Origin: the human T2T-CHM13v2.0 reference genome, Homo sapiens
Length of the DNA stretch: 64,000 bases
Assembly (NCBI RefSeq): GCF_009914755.1
Contig: NC_060927.1
Direction: 5' to 3' (one strand)
In this document: positions 63,540 through 64,000 of the stretch, piece by piece
Layout of the letters: each line of letters opens with the position of its first letter
Numbering within the stretch: the stretch's first letter is position 1
Made by a program: the position numbers and the translations under genes
Notes under the pieces: model-generated
What the model saw: only the letters and a program-made list of their open reading frames with translations
Databases searched by the model: none
Told to the model about the DNA's origin: nothing

Positions 63540-63719
63540 CTGCTATTCCAGGAGGACCTGGAGATCACGCACATGTACTCAGCCGAGGGGGAGGAGGTAC
63601 AGTTGTGCTTCTCCATCTACCCCTCCAGCAACGTGGAGGACTGGCTGCGGGAGGTGGAGCGCAGCATGAAGGCCAGTGTGCACGACATCATTGAGAAGGC
63701 CATCAGGGCCTACCCCACG
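63540..63719 (+). CDS. DNAH1: DNAH1 exon 25
   Basis: tgcag|CTG; LLFQEDLEITHMYSAEGEEV...VEDWLREVE...AYPT; ACG|gtgagc. Confidence 0.95.
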
Positions 63720-64000
63720 GTGAGCCGCCCGCAGCCCGTGCAGCCTTCCACCCCTGCACCCCTCTGCTCCCTCTCAGTGCCCCTCCTGCTCTAGCCGGCC
63801 TCGTCCTCAGGCTGCAGCCCTGAGGTCCCTGGGGGCTCAGGCGGGATTCTGGAGTCTTTCCTTTCCACACACACTCCAGAAAGTGGGACTCACTCCTAAT
63901 CATCGGGATGGCTGTTCTGGTTCCCAGCACTCACTGGGTGCCAGGCTCCAGGCTGGGCCCTCTCCTGCAGTCTTTCTCTCAGCTCCATGACCATAACCGG

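Overview
Human (or great-ape) genomic DNA, GC-rich and Alu-rich. The dominant feature is the 5' part of DNAH1 (axonemal inner-arm dynein heavy chain 1) on the + strand. I read 24 coding exons (27343-63719) that join in frame into 1422 codons (MEQPNSKGYS...IRAYPT), with the gene continuing past the window end. A probable non-coding first exon ends at 21445, just downstream of two RFX X-boxes, and a CpG island lies in intron 1. The first ~20 kb is non-coding, with homeodomain-site clusters, a purine-rich promoter-like tract, a third X-box and repeats (Alu, L1, L2, MIR, Tigger/MER47). I found no convincing new biological system. The most notable structure is: (i) four short direct duplications all spaced 1.36-1.47 kb apart, three of which appear to interrupt ancient transposons; (ii) a near-identical Alu-Alu-mediated ~255-bp tandem duplication and a perfect 82-bp tandem duplication; (iii) a GC-AG intron and a stop-free in-frame 78-nt intron in DNAH1; (iv) the X-box/uORF/CpG-island promoter layout. 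Exon numbers assume exon 1 is the non-coding one. Repeat family calls are by eye, not from RepeatMasker.
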